Positions 34,124 to 43,073 of a stretch of DNA of 64,000 nucleotides are shown piece after piece. The position numbers and the translations under genes were made by a program. A model generated the notes under the pieces. That model was given only the letters and a program-made list of their open reading frames with translations. It was not told where the DNA came from and made no database searches. The DNA is from a virus. Its lineage: Duplodnaviria > Heunggongvirae > Uroviricota > Caudoviricetes. The stretch covers positions 1-64,000 of IMG/VR virus record IMGVR_UViG_3300035661_000046. One strand, written 5' to 3'. Positions within the stretch are counted from its first letter, which is position 1; each line of letters begins with the position of its first letter.

Positions 34124-35366
34124 CTATCTCATCCTCACTTTCATTATTATTAACTAACTTAGTTAATTTTGGTAGTTTATCTTCATAACCCCCAAGACCT
34201 GTATGTGGTATCCAATCCCATACAGCTCGTTTAAGACCATAGTTCTTATTAAGTCCAGAGTTTATGTTATGAAGAATTAGCATCGTGTCGAACACGATTC
34301 CTTGTATTCTAACACCGGTACAGCACATAGTGTATAAAACATCAAACTTTATGTTATGCCCGACTTTCTTAATGTCAGGGTTTAGTAGAATCTTTGCAAT
34401 ATATTCCCAGGCTATGTGTGGATGGAACCACGTATTTTCTCTATGCCACAGAGGTATTACTAAAGCTTCAATATACCCCTCTGCCGTTCTATACCCAAAC
34501 TGAGCAGTTATTATCTTTGCTGAGTTAGAGAAAGGATCTAGGCCGGTAGTTTCTAAGTCGAAGCTTATTACAGAAGTACTAGGCAGGTTTGAAAGAATAT
34601 TAGTGAAGGTAACTACCTCACTTATAGATCTGGCTATTTTGATATGTTTAGAATACCTCTCTAACGCATCTGCCAGTTTAGGAACCACCAGAGCTCCTCT
34701 AGCTAGCCTACTAGCCTTCTCGAAGTCCCGATCTATCACTTCTAAGAAATCCGTCCCCCACATCTGTCCTGATGAGTTCTGACGTATCATAGTAGTTACT
34801 TTAGGATGCAAAGTGATTACCACGTTAGAGACAAAGTCATTACTGTGTATTTCTCCTCGGTTAGCCGTGTTACTCACTGTACTAAACCCAAGTTCCTTAG
34901 TCACCGCCGTGGTTAGACTTATTATTACTTTTGGGTTAGCCCTACGTATCTCTTCTAGTAAGTACGGGGCACATCTTCTAAGCACTGTCTGAGCGGGGGC
35001 TTTACCCTTGTTTATATCTAAGCCTTTTATCTCGCACTTAGTCAAGTTAGTAGTACGGTAAGAAAGCTTTGAAAAATGCTTAATAGCTAAGTAGTTAATA
35101 ATGTTACTGTGGATTTGGTTTATTTCATCTCCCGTGTAGAAACCCTCAGTAAAGGCTCGGTGATCCTGTATTATTAAGATGTCTACGGGAGTGTGATTGA
35201 GAAGTACTAGGTCAGGAGTTTTACATTTCAGTGTACACACTTTGTTACAGTAGCTAGTAGAGATCTGAGAGAAATCCTCTTTCTGAATTATTGCTGATTT
35301 TACCGCAGGAGTTATCTTAGGTCTGTTGTATAAATCTGATAAAGGTAAATCTATTAATTTTGCCAT
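34116..35366 (-). CDS. 3'-5' proofreading exonuclease protein (DnaQ-like domain of a split family A polymerase)
   Basis: Exo I VISFDLETTGLDP, Exo II GHNIKFDVLY and a YxxxD-like region near the C-terminus. It is encoded as a separate ORF from the polymerase domain. Confidence 0.65.
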   Translation of the reverse strand: MAKLIDLPLSDLYNRPKITPAVKSAIIQKEDFSQISTSYCNKVCTLKCKTPDLVLLNHTPVDILIIQDHRAFTEGFYTGDEINQIHSNIINYLAIKHFSKLSYRTTNLTKCEIKGLDINKGKAPAQTVLRRCAPYLLEEIRRANPKVIISLTTAVTKELGFSTVSNTANRGEIHSNDFVSNVVITLHPKVTTMIRQNSSGQMWGTDFLEVIDRDFEKASRLARGALVVPKLADALERYSKHIKIARSISEVVTFTNILSNLPSTSVISFDLETTGLDPFSNSAKIITAQFGYRTAEGYIEALVIPLWHRENTWFHPHIAWEYIAKILLNPDIKKVGHNIKFDVLYTMCCTGVRIQGIVFDTMLILHNINSGLNKNYGLKRAVWDWIPHTGLGGYEDKLPKLTKLVNNNESEDEIDE

Positions 35367-35470
35367 ATTGTTGTTTTTCTAAAAAAGTTAGTATCTCACA
35401 TAAGGAAGTCGAAGTAAATCCCGAGGTTTTAATACAAGGATCACCTCGAGTATACAGATGTTCCTATAGT

Positions 35471-35480
35471 ACTTATACCA
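35471..35480 (-). promoter_or_regulatory. extended -10 promoter motif copy upstream of the exonuclease gene
   Basis: acttatacca about 105 nt upstream of the 35366 start. Confidence 0.4.
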
Positions 35481-35489
35481 TGTAATCAA

Positions 35490-36090
35490 AGAGTTATGAC
35501 TACTTGCACTGTAATTTTGTCCAGCCTGGACATGGCATGTCCCATCTAGAAAACACTTTGTCCACCTGTTTTCTTAATCAAATCATAGACTTACCTCACT
35601 TCTGGACAAAAAGACACGTGGACATTCAAAACAATATAACAAGTATTAAAAATAAGAATATCACTATAAGAATATTTCAAGGACAAAAGACAATCAGACA
35701 TTCAAAATATAAGCTACTTTGTGGAGAATGAAATACCACTATGAATTATGAATTATTGTTAACACCCTCTCTTATATATATAAATATACTTTTTAATTAA
35801 CTATATATATAAGGGATGGCTTTTTAGCCCAAAACAAATTTTTATGGCTAGAATATATTTCTCACAAAGTGTCTTATATTTTGAATGTCTGGTTGTCTTT
35901 TGTCTTGAAATATTTTTTATAGTGATATTCTTTTTTTTAATACTTGTTATATTGTTTTGAATGTCCACGTGTCTTTTTGTCCAGAAGTGAGGTAAGTCTA
36001 TGATTTGATTAAGAAAACAGGTGGACAAAGTGTCTTTTCGATGGGACATGGCATGTCCAGGCTGGACAAAATTATGCCTTTTTCTTTATA
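35490..36090. repeat. ~600-bp palindrome: ~215-bp inverted-repeat arms (over 90% identical) flanking a ~150-bp AT-rich core; candidate replication origin
   Basis: Arm 35505-35720 is the reverse complement of 35865-36085 (tttgtccagcctggacatg.catgtccca ... cagacattcaaaatataag). The arms carry repeated TGTCCA/TGGACA and GACATTCAAAA motifs. The core has nested TATATATA palindromes. It lies between the polymerase and primase-helicase genes. Confidence 0.7.
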
Positions 36091-36384
36091 AGCTATTGTT
36101 TATTAAAGATAAATAGTTTTGAGAAATGTCCGTCGCTGGGCACTTCCACCACGCGCTATATCAGTATTGGCAGTGCTTTTCAGAACTAAGGCAGTATTTC
36201 TTATTCTTCCAGCTTATCGTCTATACCTACAGCTTTTCTAAGTCGACAGGATACTATTAAGAGAATAGTGGTAGGAGCCTCTAAATGATCCTAGGATCGA
36301 TTTATTTACTTTTAATGGATACTTACATAGGTTTACCAAACTAACCCTCCTACGGCCTTTTCTCCTCTATATTTAAAGTGCACC

Positions 36385-36423
36385 TAAAAAAGAAACCCCG
36401 CCTGGTGTGGGCGGGGTTTTAGT
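36385..36423. terminator. strong rho-independent terminator (bidirectional geometry)
   Basis: GC hairpin aaaccccgcc tggtgtg ggcggggttt with an A-run before and a T-run after. In the minus sense it lies downstream of 36445..36753. Confidence 0.75.
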
Positions 36424-36444
36424 ACTACAGAAACTTATGCTTGT

Positions 36445-36753
36445 TTAAGCAGGTCGGTGAATCTTAGCTTTCTTGGCATATACTGCACGAGGAGTAAAAC
36501 TAAAGTTCACAGAGAGTAATCCTCTATCATAAGCAGCACGAACAGCATAGAACTCATCATCTGCAGTAACAACTCCTAACAGAGGAGGAACGCCCCATTT
36601 CTCATTCCAGTTATCTGGATAGATCTTATATAGATTCTTACCAGATATTGGGTATGGACCAATTCCTAAGTTTGGTTTAAAGGGTCTACGAACAGCTGGA
36701 GTAGACGACTGAGTTTGATTCTGGTTTCTATTAGTATGGTTATTTGTTTTCAT
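36445..36753 (-). CDS. hypothetical protein
   Basis: 102 aa, Asn/Gln-rich N-terminus. Confidence 0.45.
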   Translation of the reverse strand: MKTNNHTNRNQNQTQSSTPAVRRPFKPNLGIGPYPISGKNLYKIYPDNWNEKWGVPPLLGVVTADDEFYAVRAAYDRGLLSVNFSFTPRAVYAKKAKIHRPA

Positions 36754-36759
36754 GTTGTC

Positions 36760-39573
36760 TTAAGTCAAATCAAAGAAGTTGGCAATATTCTGCACCGTTT
36801 CAGGAGCAGTATCTAAGTCTAATACAGTTACGCGTCTTTGTACAGAGTTTAATCCTAAATTTTTCTTACACTCTGCAACAAAATACTTTTCTTCTCGTAA
36901 GGCGCCTAATATTGCACCCTTAGAGAAGTCCTCTCTTGGGCCACGCTGTTCTGCTTGTACTATGTTAAACACAGCGGGAAACCAGATGTATAGTTTATTA
37001 CCCTCTTTACGCATATGATCCACGGTAATCTTGGGCCGCTCTCCTACTTGTAAAGTCTCTACAAAGTTAAAGAACTGTAAAACCATATCCTCTTTCTCCT
37101 GCTCAATCGTATCCTCTTTAGATATATTTGAGACGTATGTTGTAAAATCAAAAGTAGGAAAATACTTCTCTGCAAACTGCTTTGCAAAATACCCCACTGA
37201 TGCCCAGTTTTTAGAAGTTCTAGATTTACATCCCCCCTGCTTGATAAAACTTTCAAACTCTAATATTTCCTGTATAAGTTCGACCTTATCTACTTTTGTA
37301 GAATCCACTATCCACTTGGCTCCTATTGCAGAAAGGTCAGCCTTCATGTCTTCTATAACAGCATACGACTCAACTGTCTCCCTACCATGAATAGGAATTC
37401 GGATTGGGACACATCTCTGCCTTGTAGCACTATCAGCAAACTGGTCTTGGCCAACAAAGATAAAGTTAGACTTAACCAGCTGACTGCGTATTCCAAAACC
37501 TTCTCTTGTACCCATATCTCTAGAAGCACGATGGAACCAAGTGCGGAATGTACCCTGTAAGTCTACCGTTTCTCTATCGCTACGAATCTCATCGAGAATC
37601 ATAGGCAAGGATGCATAGTATGCAATCTTACGACTATATCCAACACCTGACTTAAAGGTAGGCACTGTACCAAACCCAGACTCTTCCATGTTAAACAGAG
37701 ATAATAACCAACGAGCTATATGAGTCTTACCTTCTCCTTGTCTACCCCAAAAGAATAGAAAAGGAATAGATCCATACTTACGGTGAATGAAATCAGAATA
37801 CACATTCATCTTTATCCAGCCCATCATGGTTAGAACCATACCGATGTCACCTAAGTTCCTAGCAAGTTGAAGTACAAAAGTCTTTTCCATCTCCTCTACT
37901 TCATCAGGGTCCATGCTGCAGTTTATGAATGGAATATCTAGCCTATCCTCTGCTTTAGAAGTAGCACCTGTATCTAGCGACACTGGCTTAATACCTGCTG
38001 CTGTACCACCTAGCCACATAATACCATCTTTATCAGGCTCAATGATTTTACCTGTTTCTGAGATGAAGCAGTTGCGGAATAACCACCCTTTGAACTCAGG
38101 AATTCTACCTACAGTAGTCGGTAAGTGAACTTCATTCTCCTTGCCTGTAGCGTAGATATAGTCCCATAGGGTAGCTAAGTCATCTTCTCTACCGTAGAAG
38201 GATGCATCTATAGCGTTAGCAAGCAGAGCCTTAAAGGCTTTAAGAGATACCTTAACTTCAGAAGTAACTCGGATAGACCTACTCTTTCTACCATCCTCTC
38301 GAATAATCTGAACCTCACGTTCTCTCATCTCTCCTTGAATAAAGATATTCTTTAGATCGACTTTGAAGTTGGTTAGTTTATTCTCGATAGGTAAGCCATC
38401 CTTCCAGCGAATTTTATAGTAGCAGTTATTCCTGAGAATAATATTGCCACGCCCTTCTACCTCTACTTCCGAACCTTCTGAGTCTGTATTTGTACTAGAG
38501 GTATTAACCACAGCTCCAAATACTTTTATTACTTCCGGTAGACTACTAAGACCTTTCTTAAGACACTCATCAATGTCTTTAACGCCGTCTAGTCCGATCT
38601 TAACCTGCACTAATGACTTTAGCTTTGGACGGACCTTCTCCATTTTCGCACGGTACTTATCCCCAGCATCATCAGAGTCAAAGATGGTAATGATATTCTT
38701 ATCCGATAGGTGATCCACTACCCATTGAACTTGAGCTCCACTAAGTTGCCCAATAGAACCGATAACACCGTACATGGAAGAGGCAGGGTCTTCCATAACA
38801 CTTAATAAGTCATTCTCTCCCTCAACCATTATTACAGTATCTTTTGTAGAGATTGTATCCTGGCCGTAGAAGGTATGCTGGTTAAGCTGAAACTTATTAG
38901 GTAGTTGATACTCCTTTACCTTCATTGGGTCTTTGAAAGTAAAGTGGGAGACTCGGCCTTTTACTAAATGAGCGTAAATAAATACTCGGTGTGGAAGAAA
39001 ATCTCCAGTGCCTTTCTTATTTACTAACCCTGTTTGAATTAGTAAGTCTTGACTAAAACCAAGACTATCTAAGTACTGAACTAGCTTACCGTCTGACCAA
39101 CCAACTTTCATATTGGTTAGTGTGGATAGAGAGTGCTTTCTCACGTCAGTCTGATACTCAAGAGGTGTCATGCTCAATAACTCTTGCATTGGCTTATTAG
39201 ACTCATCTACTAAACAGTTATGATAGTAGTCTGCTGCTAGATTGAAAATCTCCTGTGCAGGAGAATAGTCATTTGGTATTTGAATACTAAAGTCTTTTGC
39301 TATCTTTAACGCTGCTTCTCTGGGAGTTAGCGATAAGAGCTTACCTACAAATCCTATTGCGTCCCCTGTCTCATCACAGCTAAAGCACTTATAGAAAGCA
39401 GGCTCTTCCTCACTTTCTTCGTCTTTGACCTTAAAGCAATCATTATGACCGCAGAAAGGGCAAGACTTATCCTCTAATTGATATGTGTTTGTGCCACACT
39501 CTACTACCTCCGAATTAGCATATTTAGAAATCACCTCTTTGAGGTCTACGTTTGATTTTATTACTTCGAACAT
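36760..39573 (-). CDS. bifunctional DNA primase-helicase
   Basis: N-terminal zinc-binding CPFCGHNDCF...CFSCDETGD (primase Zn-ribbon). TOPRIM motifs IMVEGENDLLSV and FDSDDAGDKY. C-terminal Walker A GRQGEGKTHIARWL and Walker B-like ILDEIR. 937 aa. Confidence 0.75.
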   Translation of the reverse strand: MFEVIKSNVDLKEVISKYANSEVVECGTNTYQLEDKSCPFCGHNDCFKVKDEESEEEPAFYKCFSCDETGDAIGFVGKLLSLTPREAALKIAKDFSIQIPNDYSPAQEIFNLAADYYHNCLVDESNKPMQELLSMTPLEYQTDVRKHSLSTLTNMKVGWSDGKLVQYLDSLGFSQDLLIQTGLVNKKGTGDFLPHRVFIYAHLVKGRVSHFTFKDPMKVKEYQLPNKFQLNQHTFYGQDTISTKDTVIMVEGENDLLSVMEDPASSMYGVIGSIGQLSGAQVQWVVDHLSDKNIITIFDSDDAGDKYRAKMEKVRPKLKSLVQVKIGLDGVKDIDECLKKGLSSLPEVIKVFGAVVNTSSTNTDSEGSEVEVEGRGNIILRNNCYYKIRWKDGLPIENKLTNFKVDLKNIFIQGEMREREVQIIREDGRKSRSIRVTSEVKVSLKAFKALLANAIDASFYGREDDLATLWDYIYATGKENEVHLPTTVGRIPEFKGWLFRNCFISETGKIIEPDKDGIMWLGGTAAGIKPVSLDTGATSKAEDRLDIPFINCSMDPDEVEEMEKTFVLQLARNLGDIGMVLTMMGWIKMNVYSDFIHRKYGSIPFLFFWGRQGEGKTHIARWLLSLFNMEESGFGTVPTFKSGVGYSRKIAYYASLPMILDEIRSDRETVDLQGTFRTWFHRASRDMGTREGFGIRSQLVKSNFIFVGQDQFADSATRQRCVPIRIPIHGRETVESYAVIEDMKADLSAIGAKWIVDSTKVDKVELIQEILEFESFIKQGGCKSRTSKNWASVGYFAKQFAEKYFPTFDFTTYVSNISKEDTIEQEKEDMVLQFFNFVETLQVGERPKITVDHMRKEGNKLYIWFPAVFNIVQAEQRGPREDFSKGAILGALREEKYFVAECKKNLGLNSVQRRVTVLDLDTAPETVQNIANFFDLT

Positions 39574-39647
39574 TTTTTATTACCATTATCCATTAACTTT
39601 GAACTGTAATAATACACTACCCTGCATGAGCGGTAAAGCTTATTACT

Positions 39648-40235
39648 TTACCTGATAACAGGATCAAACTCTCTAGACCCATGTTGATCCACTGGTTTGA
39701 ACGTTTTATTACTCATTAGCACTTTGACTTCCTCATAGCTTATTGGTGCATAATTATGACAATCGACTCCAACATCAAGCGACAGAGAGTTAGGATCATC
39801 TGGTAATGTTCCGTGGCTATGACCATATAAATGCCAAGCTCCGAAGTGAGATTTATTCCATACCTTCATGGCATAATGAAGCAATACTATTCTCTGTTTG
39901 CCAGAATGGCAATCCGAGTCTATAACGTCTATTTCTAGTATATTGTGAATGCTATATAGGATTCTTTCTATATTTTTCCACTTGTGTATTACTTTATCGT
40001 GGTTGCCTAGAATTAAAACCTTTCTACCGTTAAGTCTGGCGAGCACCTCTTTTGTTTCATCCTCTTTACCAAAGGAGATATCCCCGACCATATACACAGT
40101 GTCCTGGTTAGTAACCTTGTTATTCCAATTAGTCACCAGTGCTTCATTCATTTCCTCTACACTGGAATACGGTCTATTGGAGTGTTTGATTACGTTCTTA
40201 TGAAAGAGATGTAAATCGCTGGTGAAAAATTCCAT
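39648..40235 (-). CDS. metallophosphoesterase (calcineurin-like; possible SbcD/Mre11-like nuclease partner)
   Basis: Motifs DLHLFH, GDISFG, LILGNHD and GHSHG. 195 aa. Confidence 0.6.
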   Translation of the reverse strand: MEFFTSDLHLFHKNVIKHSNRPYSSVEEMNEALVTNWNNKVTNQDTVYMVGDISFGKEDETKEVLARLNGRKVLILGNHDKVIHKWKNIERILYSIHNILEIDVIDSDCHSGKQRIVLLHYAMKVWNKSHFGAWHLYGHSHGTLPDDPNSLSLDVGVDCHNYAPISYEEVKVLMSNKTFKPVDQHGSREFDPVIR

Positions 40236-40236
40236 A

Positions 40237-41115
40237 TTACACTTTCTTTATCTCAAAATATTTCTTGGTAGATTTCTCTAACGCAAGATGCTCTTTACCT
40301 TTACATGGTACCTTAAAGTCACAGTACTGACATGCACTACCTGCAATATGTTTAAAATACCCCATTTCAATTACCTTATCTACTGCACAATCAATCGCAT
40401 ACTGAAAGCGGGCTTTAAGCCTAGTCTCAATCTCTTGACGAGAATGATACTGATCCAATCTTACATCACCCTCTCTTATGTAGTGAATACCTGCTTGAGC
40501 CCCCGCAATCGGTTGTACTCCATGATGGAATAATACCTTATACCCATTAAGCTGGTCTTCATAACAGCGTAGTCCAGAGATAGCCATAGCACCGGTTTTG
40601 TGGTCAATGATAATTACGTCGTTATTTGTTAACTCAATAATCAAGTCAATAACACCACGAATATACACATCCTTGGCAAAGAACCCGGTAGGCTTCCAGT
40701 CTTTATCGACGCCCATCTTCAACTCAGTAAGTACTCTTTTTATTGAGTGCTTCTTGGATAAGTTTTCCAGACGCTCTTTGAACTGCACAATGTTATACTC
40801 TAGAGTTAGAACTTTCTCTGCCCACTCTGCTTCTCCGAGTTTATCAACATACTCTTCTTTAGCTAAAGCAAAGCTTTTATCCACGTCTCTTCCTAGTGCT
40901 ACATGCTCTAGAATCAAGTGAGCAGCTTTACCAACCTCAGTAATTATACTGACTGGTGGATTTTCTACTTTCTCCTTTATTACATATTTGAGAAAGAATT
41001 GCCAAGGACATTTATCTAAGAGCTTAATCTTAGAAATTGACCAAGGTCCTAATCCTGCCGCAGAAATTTCTACCGGTAGGACATCGGGTATTGTTATTAT
41101 TTTTGAAGTAGTCAT
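40237..41115 (-). CDS. Cas4/RecB-family PD-(D/E)xK exonuclease with Fe-S cysteine cluster
   Basis: One N-terminal Cys (CPWQFF) plus C-terminal C-x2-C-x5-C (CQYCDFKVPC) as in Cas4-like nucleases. Central IIDHKTG (D...D/E-x-K core). Confidence 0.55.
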   Translation of the reverse strand: MTTSKIITIPDVLPVEISAAGLGPWSISKIKLLDKCPWQFFLKYVIKEKVENPPVSIITEVGKAAHLILEHVALGRDVDKSFALAKEEYVDKLGEAEWAEKVLTLEYNIVQFKERLENLSKKHSIKRVLTELKMGVDKDWKPTGFFAKDVYIRGVIDLIIELTNNDVIIIDHKTGAMAISGLRCYEDQLNGYKVLFHHGVQPIAGAQAGIHYIREGDVRLDQYHSRQEIETRLKARFQYAIDCAVDKVIEMGYFKHIAGSACQYCDFKVPCKGKEHLALEKSTKKYFEIKKV

Positions 41116-41122
41116 TTTATTA

Positions 41123-41659
41123 TTAGTGTTTAAATCGGTTATTTAATTCTTCTAGATATTTGGCAACAGACTCTAATCCTTCATCTGTAATCTCATCTTC
41201 GAAGTCGTAGTCTTCATCCATAAAATCGGATATGTCAGGGTTTACCTGGGTTGTTACTCGTTTACCTTTAGCGATTCTTATTGCAGTAACCTCTTCCATT
41301 CGCGCCAGCAGAATTTCTATATCTTCTTCTGAGAAGCCGTCCGGATACTCATCTATTCCCCGAGCAAGCAGATACTTTAGATATAGGAATTCAAACGTAC
41401 CAAATATAGGAGTTACAAATAAGATACCAGACTTTATAAATCTGGCATAGGGGACAGGTAAGTAAGGATCTATCTCCATAGTTTGTTTATCTTCATTACG
41501 TAGAAGTTTTGCAGGCAGGGCTACTAAAAAAGAATCTTCACTCTCCTCTAGTATCATACACATCAAAGAGGATCCTGCTATTGTATTTAATATTACAATT
41601 CGAGGTCTATTTAGGTCTTCACCCATTAGCTCTAGTTCTGAAGTATAGATATCATCCAT
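41123..41659 (-). CDS. hypothetical acidic protein
   Basis: 178-aa ORF with a highly acidic C-terminus. Confidence 0.45.
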   Translation of the reverse strand: MDDIYTSELELMGEDLNRPRIVILNTIAGSSLMCMILEESEDSFLVALPAKLLRNEDKQTMEIDPYLPVPYARFIKSGILFVTPIFGTFEFLYLKYLLARGIDEYPDGFSEEDIEILLARMEEVTAIRIAKGKRVTTQVNPDISDFMDEDYDFEDEITDEGLESVAKYLEELNNRFKH

Positions 41660-41737
41660 TTTATTGCCTTAATTATTATTATTGAGTTTTAGCTAAAAAA
41701 GAAAAGAGGGACTTTCATCCCCCTTTAATGTTACATC

Positions 41738-42574
41738 TTACAACGAGTACTGCTTGGCCATACCATCTTGAGCACCAGAAGTATCTTCTGCAGTGTGTTC
41801 AATAAGCACGGTGCCTTCATCCGGGGCCTCTAATGCAACTTGGTTCTGCTTGTTAGACATAACCATTTTGTGGAAGTTTTCCAAATGCTCTTTACGGTCA
41901 GCAGTAGTACGACGGAAGAGTTCCTCTAAGAAACCAAGGACTTCAGGAGCCGTATTACCAGCAGGTTCAACCAATAAAGATTCAACGTTTTTGTAAGCCT
42001 TACTTGTTTCTGTGTGAAGCTCGTATACCTTGCGGAATGGAGCAACACCAGCTTTCTTCATCATAGCAGCCCAGTCACGGCCTGCAGAGTAGTTAGTCTT
42101 ACTGAAGTTAACCATGAACAACTCAGATAGGTCTTCAGCAATAACCAAAGCAGTTTTACTTTTACCACACGCAGATTTACGAGCTTCTTCATCAAACTTA
42201 CTGAACTCACAGTCACGGCATTTCTTACCGATGTAACCAACTTCAGCATCAGGACTGCTGCAAAGCAGCTTAGCTTCATTTTGATCAGGAGACCAGTACT
42301 GACGAGTATCCCACATACGGATTACGTGTACCTTAGTTGGGTTTTCTAGGATCTTATCTCCAACAATCATAGAACCAATGGTAGCTGCCTTAGGAAGTTT
42401 AGTACGATCACTTGTACCTTGCATTACCTTCAGGGTTTCCGCACGCCATTCGATAGGACGATCACTGATACCTTCAATTACTTCTCCCATACGAGCTACT
42501 AAAGCAGTAGCTTTATCCTTAACGTTCTTAGGAAGTGTTCCAGCGATTTCTTGTAATTTTTCTAAGTTTATCAT
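41738..42574 (-). CDS. hypothetical protein with Cys cluster (possible ssDNA-binding/recombination protein)
   Basis: 278 aa; CSSPDAEVGYIGKKCRDCEF...SACGK, a four-Cys cluster. Position next to the nuclease module. No definitive motif. Confidence 0.35.
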   Translation of the reverse strand: MINLEKLQEIAGTLPKNVKDKATALVARMGEVIEGISDRPIEWRAETLKVMQGTSDRTKLPKAATIGSMIVGDKILENPTKVHVIRMWDTRQYWSPDQNEAKLLCSSPDAEVGYIGKKCRDCEFSKFDEEARKSACGKSKTALVIAEDLSELFMVNFSKTNYSAGRDWAAMMKKAGVAPFRKVYELHTETSKAYKNVESLLVEPAGNTAPEVLGFLEELFRRTTADRKEHLENFHKMVMSNKQNQVALEAPDEGTVLIEHTAEDTSGAQDGMAKQYSL

Positions 42575-42784
42575 TATTTTTTGCTTTCTTGTTTCTATCA
42601 GTTATTGTTACATGAGACTAAAATATACGACTTGTTTTCTACTACATCACGAAGTTCATTATAACTTAATTTCCAAGTTTCAGCTATTCTATCCGATACA
42701 ATTCCTTTACTGTATTCTTCAAGATCCTTATCCGTTAAGGTGACGCTACCCGACTTTTCAAGCATAAAATGATCCCCGTAATTT

Positions 42785-42794
42785 ACTTATACCA
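42785..42794 (-). promoter_or_regulatory. extended -10 promoter motif copy in the divergent control region
   Basis: acttatacca in the 42600-43070 intergenic region, where the minus block meets the + strand sigma-factor gene. Confidence 0.4.
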
Positions 42795-42807
42795 CATAAA
42801 TGCGATT

Positions 42808-43005
42808 TCATGATTCTGTGTTCTCCATCTTAATTGTTATGGCTAGTCTATTAGTAGCCAGGAACTCTGCCTTCTTTATTCCTGGATTCATTACTGCCGC
42901 AAGAATACCATCTAAGGCATCAATCTCATCCTTATCATTAGGTTTAGAGGCTTCCAGAAACAATGTTCTTAAATCACCTTTTGCTATAACGTCTATCTTT
43001 ATCAC
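42808..43005 (-). CDS. hypothetical small protein
   Basis: 65 aa. Its composition is more protein-like than the overlapping + strand ORF 42800..43030. Confidence 0.3.
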   Translation of the reverse strand: MIKIDVIAKGDLRTLFLEASKPNDKDEIDALDGILAAVMNPGIKKAEFLATNRLAITIKMENTES

Positions 43006-43073
43006 TCTAACTTCTCCTTTTATTAATTAATAATGATTATATTCTAGCATCTATATTATAAGTATGCAACTAT

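Noticed and set aside
35504-36049. Mirror-image ORFs 35504..35731(+) and 35801..36049(-) encoding nearly the same ~75-aa peptide
   Set aside because: They are a by-product of the 215-bp inverted repeat. The sequence is low complexity, with no SD or start context, so I treat the region as a non-coding palindrome.
40288-40921. + strand ORFs 40288..40533 and 40598..40921
   Set aside because: Antisense to the Cas4-like nuclease gene.
41697-41735. Possible terminator downstream of 41738..42574
   Set aside because: The stem has at least two mismatches in 7 bp, which is too weak to call, although a T-run follows.
42800-43030. + strand 76-aa ORF in the divergent control region
   Set aside because: Hydrophobic Ser-rich antisense-type composition. 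The overlapping minus ORF 42808..43005 is more protein-like, though both are low confidence.
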